Shown here: piece by piece, positions 18,630-34,240 of the stretch
Layout: every line of letters starts with the position of its first letter
Position numbering within the stretch: the first letter of the stretch is position 1
From: Eledone cirrhosa
Lineage: Eukaryota
Length of the DNA stretch: 64,000 nt
Assembly: GCA_964016885.1 (NCBI GenBank)
Contig: OZ024754.1
Coordinates: 45,570,001-45,634,000 of the forward strand
Direction of reading: 5' to 3'
The notes under the pieces: model-generated
The model's database searches: none
Seen by the model: the letters and a program-made list of their open reading frames with translations, nothing else
Told to the model about the DNA's origin: nothing
Program-made: the position numbers and the translations under genes

Positions 18630-18815
18630 AGTTTTAATATAGATGAGATTCTACAGGACTAGAACTGTTTCATTCTTTAGAAATCATCATGATGATTTCT
18701 AAAGAATGAAACAGTTCTAGTCCTGTAGAATCTCATCTATATTAAAACTTTTATACTCTGCAATGTATTGAGTACGTTACTTACTGTGGTTACCTCCGAT
18801 TCAACCCGGAATAAC
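18630..18815 (+). mobile_element. PLE-like terminus with a perfect 120-bp palindrome (18630-18749) centred on an HHR-like core
   Basis: Perfect palindrome centred at 18689/18690; the right arm begins TGATGA-T-TTCT-AA-AGAA-T-GAAAC; the element is bounded by (TA)n on both sides. Confidence 0.65.
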
Positions 18816-18880
18816 ATATATATATATATATATATAGGTTTATATATATAGGTTTATATATATAGGTTTATATCATACAG

Positions 18881-19199
18881 ATTGGAGCTTACAATCGTGA
18901 GATTGTGAGTTCGTACCCCGGACTGTGCGGGATGCTGTGTTCTTAAGAATTACACTTTATTTCATGCTGATCAAGTTCACTAAGCAGTAGAAAGGAGTTA
19001 CAACGTAAATGGTGCCAATATGTATCGGCTATTGGCTTTTCCTTCGACATCTGTTGAATAAAGAGGGGAGACTGGAATCCTTATGGGACTGGTGGTCTTC
19101 CTCAAACAACCATGTATGCATTTGTGGCTCGGAGGAAAACATCCTAGATGCAAATGCAATGGTCATTCGTAAACCATGGGTAGCTTAACGCTAACCCTG
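18881..19199 (+). mobile_element. tRNA-derived CORE-type SINE family B (decayed)
   Basis: B-box-like GAGTTCGTACCCC, CORE-like TGTGTTCTTAAGAATTACACTTTATTTCA...AGTTCACTAAGC; homologous to 48320-48540. Confidence 0.7.
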
Positions 19200-19436
19200 T
19201 TATACAAACACATATGTATGCATATATATATATAGAGAGAGAGAGAGAAAGAGAGAGAGAGAAAGGGGGAGAGGGGTGAGAGAGGGTGAGAGAGTGAGAG
19301 AGAGAGAGACAGACAAAAATGCAGAAATGTAATTATATACATAACGCCTTATAAGTATATGAAAAACTACTTCGTATATATTAATATTCAAATACTTGAT
19401 GGTTAATTGTCCAATAAACTATAACATATACACAAC

Positions 19437-19471
<35 letters not shown>

Positions 19472-19527
19472 ATATATTTATCCTTATCGAGCCCTCTTTG
19501 GATTTTAGTCTTCAAATTTATTATTAT

Positions 19528-19577
<50 letters not shown>

Positions 19578-19890
19578 TCATATATATATATAAGTATATA
19601 TGCATGCATGTATGTATGAATGTATATATATATATATAAAGGTTTACATATATATATACAAAGTCTTAGATATATATGTGTTTTGCAACAGGTCACGTTG
19701 TGGCTCAATGAAAAATTAATAAATTAAATAATCAGAGCTATATATCATAAAATATGTCTTTAGAATCACTAGATATAATAAGTATTATTCTTATAGCTTG
19801 GTCTAATTGATTTTTTATATGGTTAATTATGCTAATTGGGAGAGGAAATGGTATATATTATATCTAGTGATTCTAAAGACATATTTTATG

Positions 19891-19921
<31 letters not shown>

Positions 19922-20598
19922 ATTGAAATTACATAAAAGGCATCACAAATCACAGACGTCATCAATACTACATCTTATGTTTTTGAGATTGTTTACTGAT
20001 GCGAAAGCAGTCTACCATTCTTGTTATCCTATCAACAAAGTAGACTATTAAATAATTTGGACGTTCTACAGTGGATCAATATTTCTCAAGAAACTGCATA
20101 CACAGCCAATAAACCTGACTCTAGGGGTTGCAGATACGTTTTCCCCTTGTTATTTTTGCAGGAAATACGAAATCATTGCAAATAAAGTTTGTCTCGTTGT
20201 GACAAGTGTTTGGGTTTATATCAATACAAATTATTTTGATTAGATTAGTTTTTCCCCTTGTCAGACATATTTTTAGTATTTTCTTTGTGGCCGTATATAT
20301 GTATATATATATATATATATACTTTAATGTTCATTTATGTGTAGACGATTTTGATCACGGTGCTGATAGAAACTCATACACAAACACGGGCACCCACATA
20401 GACTCATATAAAGACATTTGATTTGAACACGAATGTACAAAGCTATGTGTTGACAAGCCGGATAAGCTGATAAAACAACATAATGATATAGTATATATTG
20501 ATAGATAGATTTATTGGTGGCTAGGTAGGTAGGTGGCGAGTTACACTGGATAAATTCAGAGGTGGATGGATAAGTAGATTGTATGTGATTAGACGTAG

Positions 20599-20650
<52 letters not shown>

Positions 20651-22029
20651 GTCTATGTAGGTATAACATTTTATTAAACCAATGACTGATTGATTCATTG
20701 GTGATTGATTAGTTGTCCTATAACGAGAGAAGAATAGAAAGATTGAAATGTGTAAAGTCGACAAATATTACTGTTCTTGGGTCTATTGTCGTTCTGGACA
20801 TCACCCACAACTTCTTTTAAGGTCACTGATTCTGCTTTGTTGTAGGGGAAAATGTAATCCGCAAAGGGGAAACCTTCTCCATTTGTTTGTAAAATACTAT
20901 AGCCAGTTTTATAAAACAAATCACCCAAATCCAGTTCGTGGAAGTAAATCAAGTAAGTGATTATGTCTATCACTGGAGATAAACACTGTGATATTCAAAC
21001 TAAGAATGCAATGTTCCTGAATAAATATAATTTTTACTTCTATGATTCTCTACCAATTCCGTCAGTCTCAACTATGTGAGAAGAAAATCTCTTAAATCGA
21101 CCGAAGAATTGGCTGTTATTTCATTTCTTCTACTTCAAAAGGAATAAAGGAGGTAGGTAGATGACCGCGGCATCAACTGAACAGTGAGAGATGTAATACA
21201 TACTGCAATGCCTTTTCCCTGGTGCATACATTAGTTTAATAAGTTAGAGTTCAATTTTATATGAAATTTTACAGCTTTTTCCAACAGGATTCGTTACAGT
21301 GTAATGGCTCCTCATTTGGTTCGTTTGATATATAATTGCTGATAATGCTAGATTACTTCCAGAATAATTACCTTTATTTACCTTTAATCAATCTTGATCA
21401 ATGGGAGTTAATATGAAGCATGTCGAATTTGAATTCCGAAATTTGTCGAAGAAATTTATTGCTGCCATTTCATGTTAAAGAGATGAAAATCACTTAAAAA
21501 TGAGTCGCCATTTCCCTAACCCTTTATTTTTACATTTTATAATGAATATCTTTAGTACTTCATATTTTAAAAACGAGAAGATGAAAGACGCCATGTTGAA
21601 TTAAAAATTTAATTGTCATTGAATGTGGAAGAGATGGGGTTTCAAGTAGGGTTTAAGCCCATCCCGAAGTGGACTTCTGGAGAATAGTTTCCACACGTAA
21701 TACATGGTTTGAAATTTTCTGATTATTATATAAACTAATTCTAATAACAAGTGTATTCCTGTCAAAATTACTGACCCGGTCACATTTGGAGACTTGATGA
21801 ATGGCATAACCAGGGATAGCCTTTAATCAATATTGATTTTATCAACTCTTTATTTCACGGCTAAAAAGCAAAAACGGGACCAAGCGATTTATAATTTGTA
21901 AGTGTGTTTAAATTGCAACAGGTAGATTATATACATAAATAAATTTTACTCATTCTTTTCCAATTACTGACATTAACAAGGATAACGATGTTTAACTTTG
22001 TCACATATAATTTATTTAAAACCAGACAA

Positions 22030-22460
22030 TCATTAGCCTAATAGTTACCAGATATCTAAAGGCTAAACATCAGTTAGAGGTATCAGCATTCTAGCTATTC
22101 TCAAGACTTTAAATGAACTAATAACACGAGACAGAAAAATAAGAAACTAATGACGGATTCTAAAATACAACACGCAAAATAAGATGTAGAATAATGATAT
22201 TTAGCAGAAGAGTAAAAAGGTACTAATTCTATGTAACTAGAAAACACATACGTACTAAGCACTGTAGGACTAGTACAGAATAATAGAAAGCTAATTCAAG
22301 TAGATACGGAAGATGAACAAATGAAGAATTTAGGTCACCGTTTAAAGAAGCCTTACTATGATAGGAACTTTGGGAATGATAAATAAAAAATACACAGAGA
22401 TTAAATCACTGAACATATCTATGCCACAACCAGTTACACTCGGGAATATTGTGAAATGTG
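22030..22460 (+). mobile_element. Possible highly decayed Dong/R4-type LINE 3' fragment
   Basis: A short motif near 22355-22390 translates TMIGTLGMINK, resembling R4/Dong C-terminal IIGALGMIKK; otherwise riddled with stops. Confidence 0.3.
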
Positions 22461-22467
22461 ACAAATA

Positions 22468-22676
22468 AATCTTTCAACTTTGGCATAAGGCTAGCAATTT
22501 GAAGGGGGGTAGAATGTCGGTTCCACTGCGTTAATTGTAGTTTATCTTATCAACCGCGTAAGGGTGAAATGCAATGCTAGCTTCTGTCTGATTTAAACTC
22601 AGGTCGTAAAGGAACGTTAGTATATGTCGTAAAGTGTATTGTCCGGTGCCCTACCGATACTGCCAATCTACCGTCC
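22468..22676 (-). mobile_element. SINE family A, long form, diverged
   Basis: TTTGGCATAAGGCTAGCAATTTGAAGGGGG...CCCTACCGATACTGCCAATCTACCG. Confidence 0.8.
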
Positions 22677-22706
22677 TTTATGAAATATAATAATGATATT
22701 AATAGT

Positions 22707-22896
22707 AATTGTTTCTACTTTTGGTACCAGGCAGAGCAATTATCCCAGTGCATTACTGGTACTTTATTTTATCGACCCGTAAGGATGAAAGGCAAAGTTA
22801 ACCTCGACGGGATTTGAACTCAGAACGTAAATGGCCTTAACTCTATGCGTCAAATAATGGCGTCCGACCCTCTACCGATACTACCAAACCACCGCC
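22707..22896 (-). mobile_element. SINE family A
   Basis: Full family motif set, ending CCGATACTACCAAACCACCGCC. Confidence 0.9.
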
Positions 22897-22913
22897 TTAA
22901 TAATAATAATAAT

Positions 22914-23092
22914 AATTGTTTCTTCTTTAGGCACAAGGCCAGCAATTACCCAGTGCATTACTGGTACTGTATTTTATCGACCCCGTAAGGATGAAAGGCA
23001 AGGCAACCTCGGTGGGATTTGAACTCAGATCGTAAAGGGACGTAACTATGCTGGAAAGCATGGCGTCCGACCCTCTACCGATACTGCCAATC
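22914..23092 (-). mobile_element. SINE family A
   Basis: Near-identical to 4731-4914. Confidence 0.9.
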
Positions 23093-23093
23093 T

Positions 23094-23304
23094 AATTGTT
23101 TCTACTTTAGGCACAAGGTCAAACATTTGAAGGGGAGAGAAAAGTTAATAAAATAGACCTCAGTGCATTACTGGTGCTTTATTTTATCGACCCTGTAATG
23201 AGAAACAAAGCTAACCTTGGCGGGATTTGAACACTGTTCTTAAAGGGACGTAACTCTATGTCAGGAAGCATGATGTTCGGCGTTCTATCGATACAGCCAA
23301 TCCA
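23094..23304 (-). mobile_element. SINE family A, long form
   Basis: AATTGTTTCTACTTTAGGCACAAGG...ATTTGAAGGGGAG...ATTTTATCGACCC...GGGATTTGAAC...GATACAGCCAATCCA. Confidence 0.85.
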
Positions 23305-23640
23305 TGAGGAAATCGAGAGGACAAGAAAGTCAGAATATTTTCAAAAATGTAACGTTGCCAAAAATCAATCAATGATGGCTGAATAGAGTAAGTATAGTAC
23401 ATGCCTGCGTAGAATATAAGAGTGAGCATTTTAATAATTTAATTAAATAATCGATATACAATAAGGACATTAGTATGTTATTGTAATATTTTAAATGTCA
23501 CGTGGTTTAGAATTCCCACAGGCTATTGTCACCTTATAGATGGAGTGATCTCGAAATATTTGCCAAGGAGACATGTTGGAACAGGCTTCTCAAAAGTTAT
23601 AAACCTTTCCACCTTGTCATCTTAATCAGATGCAAATGAT

Positions 23641-23644
23641 TATG

Positions 23645-23676
<32 letters not shown>

Positions 23677-23847
23677 CGCATGTACATAAACATATGTATA
23701 TATATATATATACATATACACATATATATATACGCATGTACATAAAAATATGTATATATATATATATACATATACACATATATATATACACATATATATA
23801 TATATACACATATATATATATATACACATATATATATATATACACAC

Positions 23848-23880
<33 letters not shown>

Positions 23881-23939
23881 CACATATATATATATATACA
23901 CATATATATATATATACACATATATATATATATACACAC

Positions 23940-24016
<77 letters not shown>

Positions 24017-24404
24017 CACATATATATATATACACACATATATATATACACTATATATATATACACACATATATATATATATACACATATATATATATAT
24101 ATATACACATATATATATATACATATATATATACATATATATACATATATATATATATCTATCTATATACATATATATATAAATATATGTACATAAAAAT
24201 ATGTATATATATATATATACATATATGTACATAAAAATATGTATATATATATATATATATATATACATATATATATAAATATATGTACATAAAAATATGT
24301 ATATATATATATATACATATAGATATAAATATATGTACATAAAAATATGTATATATATATATACATATATATATACATATAAATATAAATATATGTACGT
24401 AAAA

Positions 24405-24445
<41 letters not shown>

Positions 24446-24554
24446 TATATATATAGATATATGTACATAAAAATATGTATATATATATAAATATACGTAT
24501 ATATATGTATATATATAAATATACGTATATATATATGTATATATATAAATATAC

Positions 24555-24626
<72 letters not shown>

Positions 24627-24692
24627 GTATATATATATATATATATATATGTGTGTTTACATAAAAATATGTATATATATATATATATATAT
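23641..24692. repeat. Interrupted (TA)n array with ATGTACATAAAAATATGT and ATACGTAT subunits
   Basis: Seen directly. Confidence 0.96.
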
Positions 24693-24876
24693 AATCATAA
24701 TCATTCGTCGACTACTATCGAGATGACGGATCTCACTCTCATGCCCCAGAATTCCCTATCCCCCATCGCTGCCCCCAGGTCCTGTCTACTGATTCCCGTA
24801 TCCCTAGAGATAACGTCAGGGAATGACAGCTTCCTACTCCTAGTCAGGCTGGAGTCAGGGTTCCAGAGCAAGAGAG

Positions 24877-24881
<5 letters not shown>
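24693..24881 (-). mobile_element. 3' end of RTE-clade LINE, 5'-truncated, inside (TA)n
   Basis: Minus strand translates [59 protein letters not shown], matching the RTE C-terminal LLLW.P...D....DTG...L..AM.DR..W pattern; short (TGATTA)n-like tail. Confidence 0.75.
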
Positions 24882-24920
<39 letters not shown>

Positions 24921-24922
<2 letters not shown>

Positions 24923-25929
24923 TAAAATCACCCTACAAACGTCCCTAACCCGAGTCAATTTCCTGGACGTTATTCTTAACCTCGAAAATGATCTGTACTA
25001 CCCATACAGGAAACCAAATGACAACCTGCACTACATCCACCGCCGCTCTAACCATCCTAGAAACATCACCAATAACCTGGTTAAAAACATGTCCCTCCGC
25101 ATATCTCGTTTGTCCGCCAATGAGCAGATATTCGACTAACCCGCGCCTCATTACAACCAGGTCCTCAAGCGGAGTGGCTTCCGGGAGAAAATATCCTTTT
25201 ATCCAGCTTCCCTTAGCGGAACCAGCAGGCGACACCGCCGCTCACGCAACGTAACGTGGTTCAATCCTCCCCATAATGCCGAGTTGGCAACACCTATCGG
25301 GAAAATTTTCTTTAGACTCCTCGAAAAACACTTCCCACTACAACACTGCTACCACAACATATTCAACAAAAACAAACTCTCCTACAGTACCACACCTAAC
25401 TTCGCACAAAATATCGTCTCCTCAAACAACAAAAAGCTCAACCCCTATGGAATAAATAACCTAGACATCAGTGGAGAGCCGACCAGGAGGTGTAACTGCC
25501 CTGATAGATCTACGTGCCCCCTCAACAACAAATGCCGAGAACGTAACGTGATCTACCAGTGCAAGGTCAGGACGGACACCTCCAACAAAGCTTATATAGG
25601 ATTAACCGCGTGTGACTTCAAGACCCAGCTCTACCAACACCGACATACATTCCGAAACCCGGTCCGGCGACATGCCACTACACTTTCGGGCCACATCTGG
25701 GACCTTCAAGATAATAATATAACCTACAATCTCACTTGGAGCTTACTGTCCAGAGCTAACTCTTACACCGGAGGACGCCGTCCGTGTAACATATGCTCGG
25801 AGGAAACATTACACATGTTGTTTTCGAAGGACCAACTAGACGAAGAAAGACGAACTGGTAACTGCATGCAAACACAGATTGGGTAGGACTTACCTCGCCT
25901 TCAAGCCCCATAACAACCCGGGTGCGTAG
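24921..25929 (+). pseudogene. PLE RT (motif 7/thumb) plus GIY-YIG endonuclease, disabled
   Basis: One frame reads VNFLDVILNL..YYPYRKPN...YIHRRSNHP, TAA at 25137-25139, then RNVTWFNPP...FFRLLEKHFP...SYS, linker CNCPDRSTC (CxCx5C), NVIYQCKV...AYIGLT..DFK...QH..TF, CNICSEE. A frameshift near 25838 recovers KKDELVTACKHR, with stop at 25927-25929. Confidence 0.9.
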
Positions 25930-26662
25930 ACAAGGGCTGATAACCCCCCCCCCCCCCCCACCCCACCCCCCCACCCCCGACGCCCCCACTTGCCGATTAA
26001 GTTAGAGGAAACCCCAGCTTACATAGGTAGATGTATTTCTTTTCTTTTCCTCTTTGTCTTCTTCTTCCCCCTGTCTTATCCTATCACTTCCTTCCACCCA
26101 CTATTTTCTTCCTCGTCTGCTTTTCCCCTATCGCCTACCCCGATGCATCCCATCGGGCCTCTGTAGCATCAGTTCCCCCACCCCTGTAATTTTAAGATAG
26201 AATTGGCCGAATACCTTTTACTAACTACTTATAACAGATGTGTTAAACCCCTTTAATTTTGTATCAGTTTTGTTACTACTCAATTTCTACAACATTTTTC
26301 TTTTCTCAAATTATTAACCTGTAATTGTAAGATACCATTGTGATTTTTTTAATTCATTTCTCACTATCTAATTTTATATATTTTTTTTATTTCTTTCTAT
26401 TATATTTTATTGTTTCCTACTCTCATTCGATTTACTTATTCTATAACCTCCCTCCTCCACTTCATACACTATCCTTAGAATCTGGTGTATACATATCACT
26501 TTCAACGCTTGACCGCTCCACTCACTCCCCTATTGTTCTACAGGGAGGTTCAGCCCCCCCCCCCTACCTCCCACCAAATGCCATGATAAACTTATTTGTG
26601 TTTACAACAAATTTTAACCAATCCTCTTGACAACTACAATCTTCCCATATAAGGAAGCACCC

Positions 26663-26725
26663 CTTGACAAGTTCGGCTATTTATTCACCAGGCTAAAGTC
26701 CAGAAATAGCCGTCGAAACGGCTTG
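26663..26725 (+). ncRNA. Degenerate hammerhead-ribozyme-like motif in the PLE terminus
   Basis: TTGACAA (decayed CTGATGA), a perfect 9-bp stem CGGCTATTT (26674-26682)/AAATAGCCG (26704-26712), then GAAAC (26715-26719). Confidence 0.5.
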
Positions 26726-28987
26726 AGCTCTGCCGTCGGGATCATTCTTTTCCCTATATATATATACATATACGAGAGGTACAGACATAGGTAGGTCTAT
26801 AAGTGTAATTGCTTGTGAGATGAGATATTAGTATAATTTCAGCAAGAGACTCACTGCGGGAATCTGGTTTGTTTAGGTCAGATCTGAAGAATCAGATAAA
26901 CGATATCATTGTCACATTTGACCGAAGCCTTTGATTTCAGAGCGGTTCTGTGAAATTGGCTGACACCTTTGTCAAAGGTGGAAAGCGTTGTGCGCAGTAG
27001 GAGGTTAACGGCACGCCACCTGGTGCTTCAAAGTGCTTTCACATTTTGAGTACTTTGAAGTGAAACCACATGGAGGAGGCTTTTTTTCACTGGAGTGCAC
27101 TGGTAATAGTTTCTGCGGCCAAACATTGTTAAATTGAAGAGTGAAAATTGTACAGAGAACTGCGTACAAATTGTCTTTCATGATAGTGCGTGTGTAAATA
27201 TAGGTAGAAAGATGCGCATGTGTCCTCGTCTTAATATCTAAGTGTTTTATAGTATATAGAAGAAGCTGTCTTGTATGTGAGATCGCCTCAAGTGTATAAG
27301 TGGTTGCATTTTTGAGCTTGTATATTCTTTGGTTGGTATCTTAAATGAAAGTGTTTGTATGCATGAACACGTATTGCATTACATTAGAAATTGTTTTGTT
27401 TGAGGCTGTGTGATTGTGTGTCTATGTGGCTATGTAGATGTATGTTTTATTGTTTTGTATGTTTGTGTTGTATGTTTGTGTTGTATGTTTGGTTCTATTG
27501 ATTGGTAAAACCTTGCATGAGATTGTATAAGAATGATTAATTATTTTACCTTATTTTATAAACGAAGTTGTAGCATGCGTTTTTGTGTGTGTGTGGGCGT
27601 GTGTTTCTAAACGTGTACATTTGAATTGTGTAGAATGATGTGATGTCGTAGGTAATAAGAATGCTAGCATTTCTATTTGCCAACCAAATATTCGGATCCG
27701 CATATCAGCAGTTAGCGTGTATTCATGTGTTTGCTGTTTCTTTTAGTAGTCACAGGCTGGCTTCGATAGAGCAATAGCACTTGAGATAAAAACAATTCCT
27801 ATCTATCTTCTGTATATCAGCAACTGACTTGTCCAATAGCCACATCGCTTTTTAAAGAGTAAGGCCGGATAGGTGGAACATTTTGCTGTTATTTCTAGTA
27901 TGTCAAATGAACATATAAATGCTTGTTACTTTACTTGCCTTTGTTGAACCTGGCTAGATAAATATTAGTGGAAGGCATATGTCAGGTCACTGTATTCAAT
28001 GATTTCTTGTATTCAACAGTAACATACCATTGTGTGACGAGGATATAACTATTTATGGCAGTTAAAATAATTAATAAAAGTTGATCTCTGTCTCTCTCCT
28101 CTCTCTCTCTCTCTTTATCTATCTTTCACTCATTGATGAAGGTTTTTATGAATTTTTAGACTTTTCACATCAAAATAATCCACCCATCATTAATTTTTTG
28201 CCGGATTCTAATTTACCGGCTTTAATAGAGGAAACCATATAAACGCTACTGCGTGTGTGTGTGTGTGTGCGTGTGCGTGTGCGTGTATATTTGTATATCT
28301 GTGTCTGTTAGCGAATATGATAGTAGCAAGTGTAGCCACAGGGTTAAGATGTCTCAGATTTGACCCTATTATATGTCACCATATGTGTGTATGTCCTTCC
28401 TAAATCCTCGGGGCTGAACGAGAGATAGTGATTGTTCATCAGTAGAAAGAAACTGATTGGTAACCGGATCGCAATGACAGATTTTAATTACCCTTACACG
28501 GTCTAATGCTCTAACAATTCCACAAATTCAATGTGCTAGACAGATAATTTACATATCAGAAAAGTCGGCGACATTTCAAATAACAGTCCACATAAACTAT
28601 TGCCGTCTTCCTATAATTAAAACGTATTTTTAATGTATGTTTCTTCTCTGAATGTTTGTGTCAGGTGGGCTGTATATGTATATATGTATATATCATGACT
28701 AGTTGTGGTCATGTAAAATATGTTCAAACACTCTTACATACAAACACATATAAACATATTCAGACACAAATGCCTATATATGTATATACATATATATATA
28801 TACATATATATATACATATATAATATAAGATCAAAAGATGGTTAAAGGAGTTCCATGTATTTTATTATGCGCATTTCAAAAACAAACATCATCATGCAAT
28901 AATATTTGTGTTTTCATCAGATAAAACAGGAGAACATGATATGAAGGCTAAAAAACACTTGTGGATAGTGCAGTTTTAAATCAACAT

Positions 28988-32624
<3,637 letters not shown>

Positions 32625-32895
32625 CGCGGAATTTTCCTTAGAACCTAAGCAATAATTGTTCGTGGAAACCACCACATATTCGGGGAATCATAAATATCTT
32701 CGCGATTTGTTAATGGCGTTTTTCGTTGCAATATATATTTTTTCACGACTTTTAACGCTAAATTATTAATAACAATATCCCGTATTTGCCGGCCTATATT
32801 TTACGTTGTATTTTGTCGTTTATAGGCATTTTTATGGACCACGTCCACTATTCGCGGTGTTTCACTCTTCGCGGGTGCACTAGGAACGTAACCTT
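32625..32895. mobile_element. Tigger/pogo-like DNA transposon (MITE) relic
   Basis: CpG-rich ATTCGCGGTGTTTCACTCTTCGCGGGTGCACTAGGAACGTAACC resembles recalled Tigger-type subterminal sequence; no paired TIR seen. Confidence 0.45.
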
Positions 32896-33071
32896 TGGTA
32901 GAACGTCGAATAACATGCTTTGTAGGTTCAAATCATGACCCTTTACGTTCTGCGTTCAAATCCTGCCGAGTTTAGATGTGCTTTTTATGCTTATGGGGTC
33001 GATAAAATAAGCACCAGTAATGCACTGGTGTCGCTTTTCCCCTCCCCCCAGTGTCTATAGTAGAAACAATT
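32896..33071 (+). mobile_element. SINE family A, long form, diverged
   Basis: CCCTTTACGTTCTGCGTTCAAATCC...GGGGTCGATAAAATAAGCACCAGTAATGCACTGG...GTAGAAACAATT. Confidence 0.8.
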
Positions 33072-34056
33072 TTTATAATATATATTGTGGGTGATGTATA
33101 GAGAAAGAGAGGAAATACATAGATATATTTTTCGTTGTGAACATGTGTGTGTGTTTGCGTGTTTGTTTGTGTGCGTGCGTGCGTACCTCTGTGTGTATGT
33201 GTGTGTGAGTGTTTGCGTGTGTGTATGTGTGTGTGTGTATGAGTGTGTCTGCGTGTGTGTGTGTGTGTGTGCCTGCATGTGCGTGTGTTACCCAGCTCAA
33301 TAAATTTTAAGAGTTTCGTTCAACCTTTACAGTTTGAATTTTTGTTTGTCTTTATTTCTTGCTCTTTCCTTGATCCCTCTCTATTTTATTCTTTCTCATT
33401 CTTTCTGGATATATATATATATATCTGTGTGTATGTGTGTGTTTGTTTATTCGTGTAAGCGCATGCGTCAATGTATTAGTGTGTGATGCATATATATAAA
33501 TGTGGGGGGGGGGGGTATGTTGTATGTGTGTTTCTATGCATGTATGTATGCTACACCATATTTTCCATTCTATGAACTTCAACCCCTCTCTGTTGCATAT
33601 TTCACTTTTTTTCCTTTCTATGTGAAATCCTCGTCTTTATTTTTTACCCTTATGCTCTCTCTCTCTCCCCCATCAGTCACTCTCACCCCCTCTCTCTCTC
33701 TATTATACATTCAATAATATCCCTGCTATTCTCTTATCTACTTATTCTTTTCTATTGTTTCACAAGAATCTCTAACAAATAATTCATAATCTCCAAACCG
33801 CGAGATATCTAAGTCATCCCCACTTTCAAATACTTCTCTACCCCATCACTTATCCCTGCTTCTAACTATCAAACATTTTCTTTTTATATATTATCTAGTA
33901 AATACCTCCCGCCCCTCTCTCACTATCTATCTATCTATCTATCTCTGTGTGTCTCTCTCTCTCTCTATATATATATATATCTCTCAACCAATCTTTCTCT
34001 CCCACTCTCTGGTTTCTAAACCTTAATCAATTCGTTGGTTTTCTCTCATTATTTCA

Positions 34057-34240
34057 TGTGGTTTGGCAGTATCGGTAGAGGGTCGGACGCCATGCTTTGC
34101 AGCACAGTTACGTCCCTTTTAGGACTGAGTTCAAATCCCGCCGAGGTTAACTTTGCCTTTCATCCTTACGGGGTCGATAAAATATAGTACCAGTAATACA
34201 CTGGATAATTGCTGGCCTTGTGCCAAATGTAGAAACAATT
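34057..34240 (+). mobile_element. SINE family A with probable ATTATTTC target-site duplication
   Basis: GTGGTTTGGCAGTATCGGTAGAG...GAGTTCAAATCCC...GTAGAAACAATT; ATTATTTC occurs on both flanks. Confidence 0.9.

Larger units (their letters stand above)
24921..26754 (+). mobile_element. 5'-truncated Penelope-like retroelement, Hydra-clade-like, with long 3' UTR ending in an HHR-like motif
   Basis: RT C-terminus and GIY-YIG remnant (next feature); begins and ends in (TA)n; terminal sequence recurs at 18466-18612 and 35134-35250. Confidence 0.85.

Noticed and set aside
20695-20973. 92-aa minus-strand ORF with protein-like composition
   Set aside because: No recognisable motif or clear splice sites; cannot be supported without a search.
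24651-25139. 162-aa ORF as a single protein
   Set aside because: Chimera of an antisense RTE stub, a TA repeat and the PLE RT fragment.
25137-25139. In-frame stop as selenocysteine recoding (as in some Naiad PLEs)
   Set aside because: The codon is TAA, not TGA, and the copy also has a frameshift; ordinary decay.
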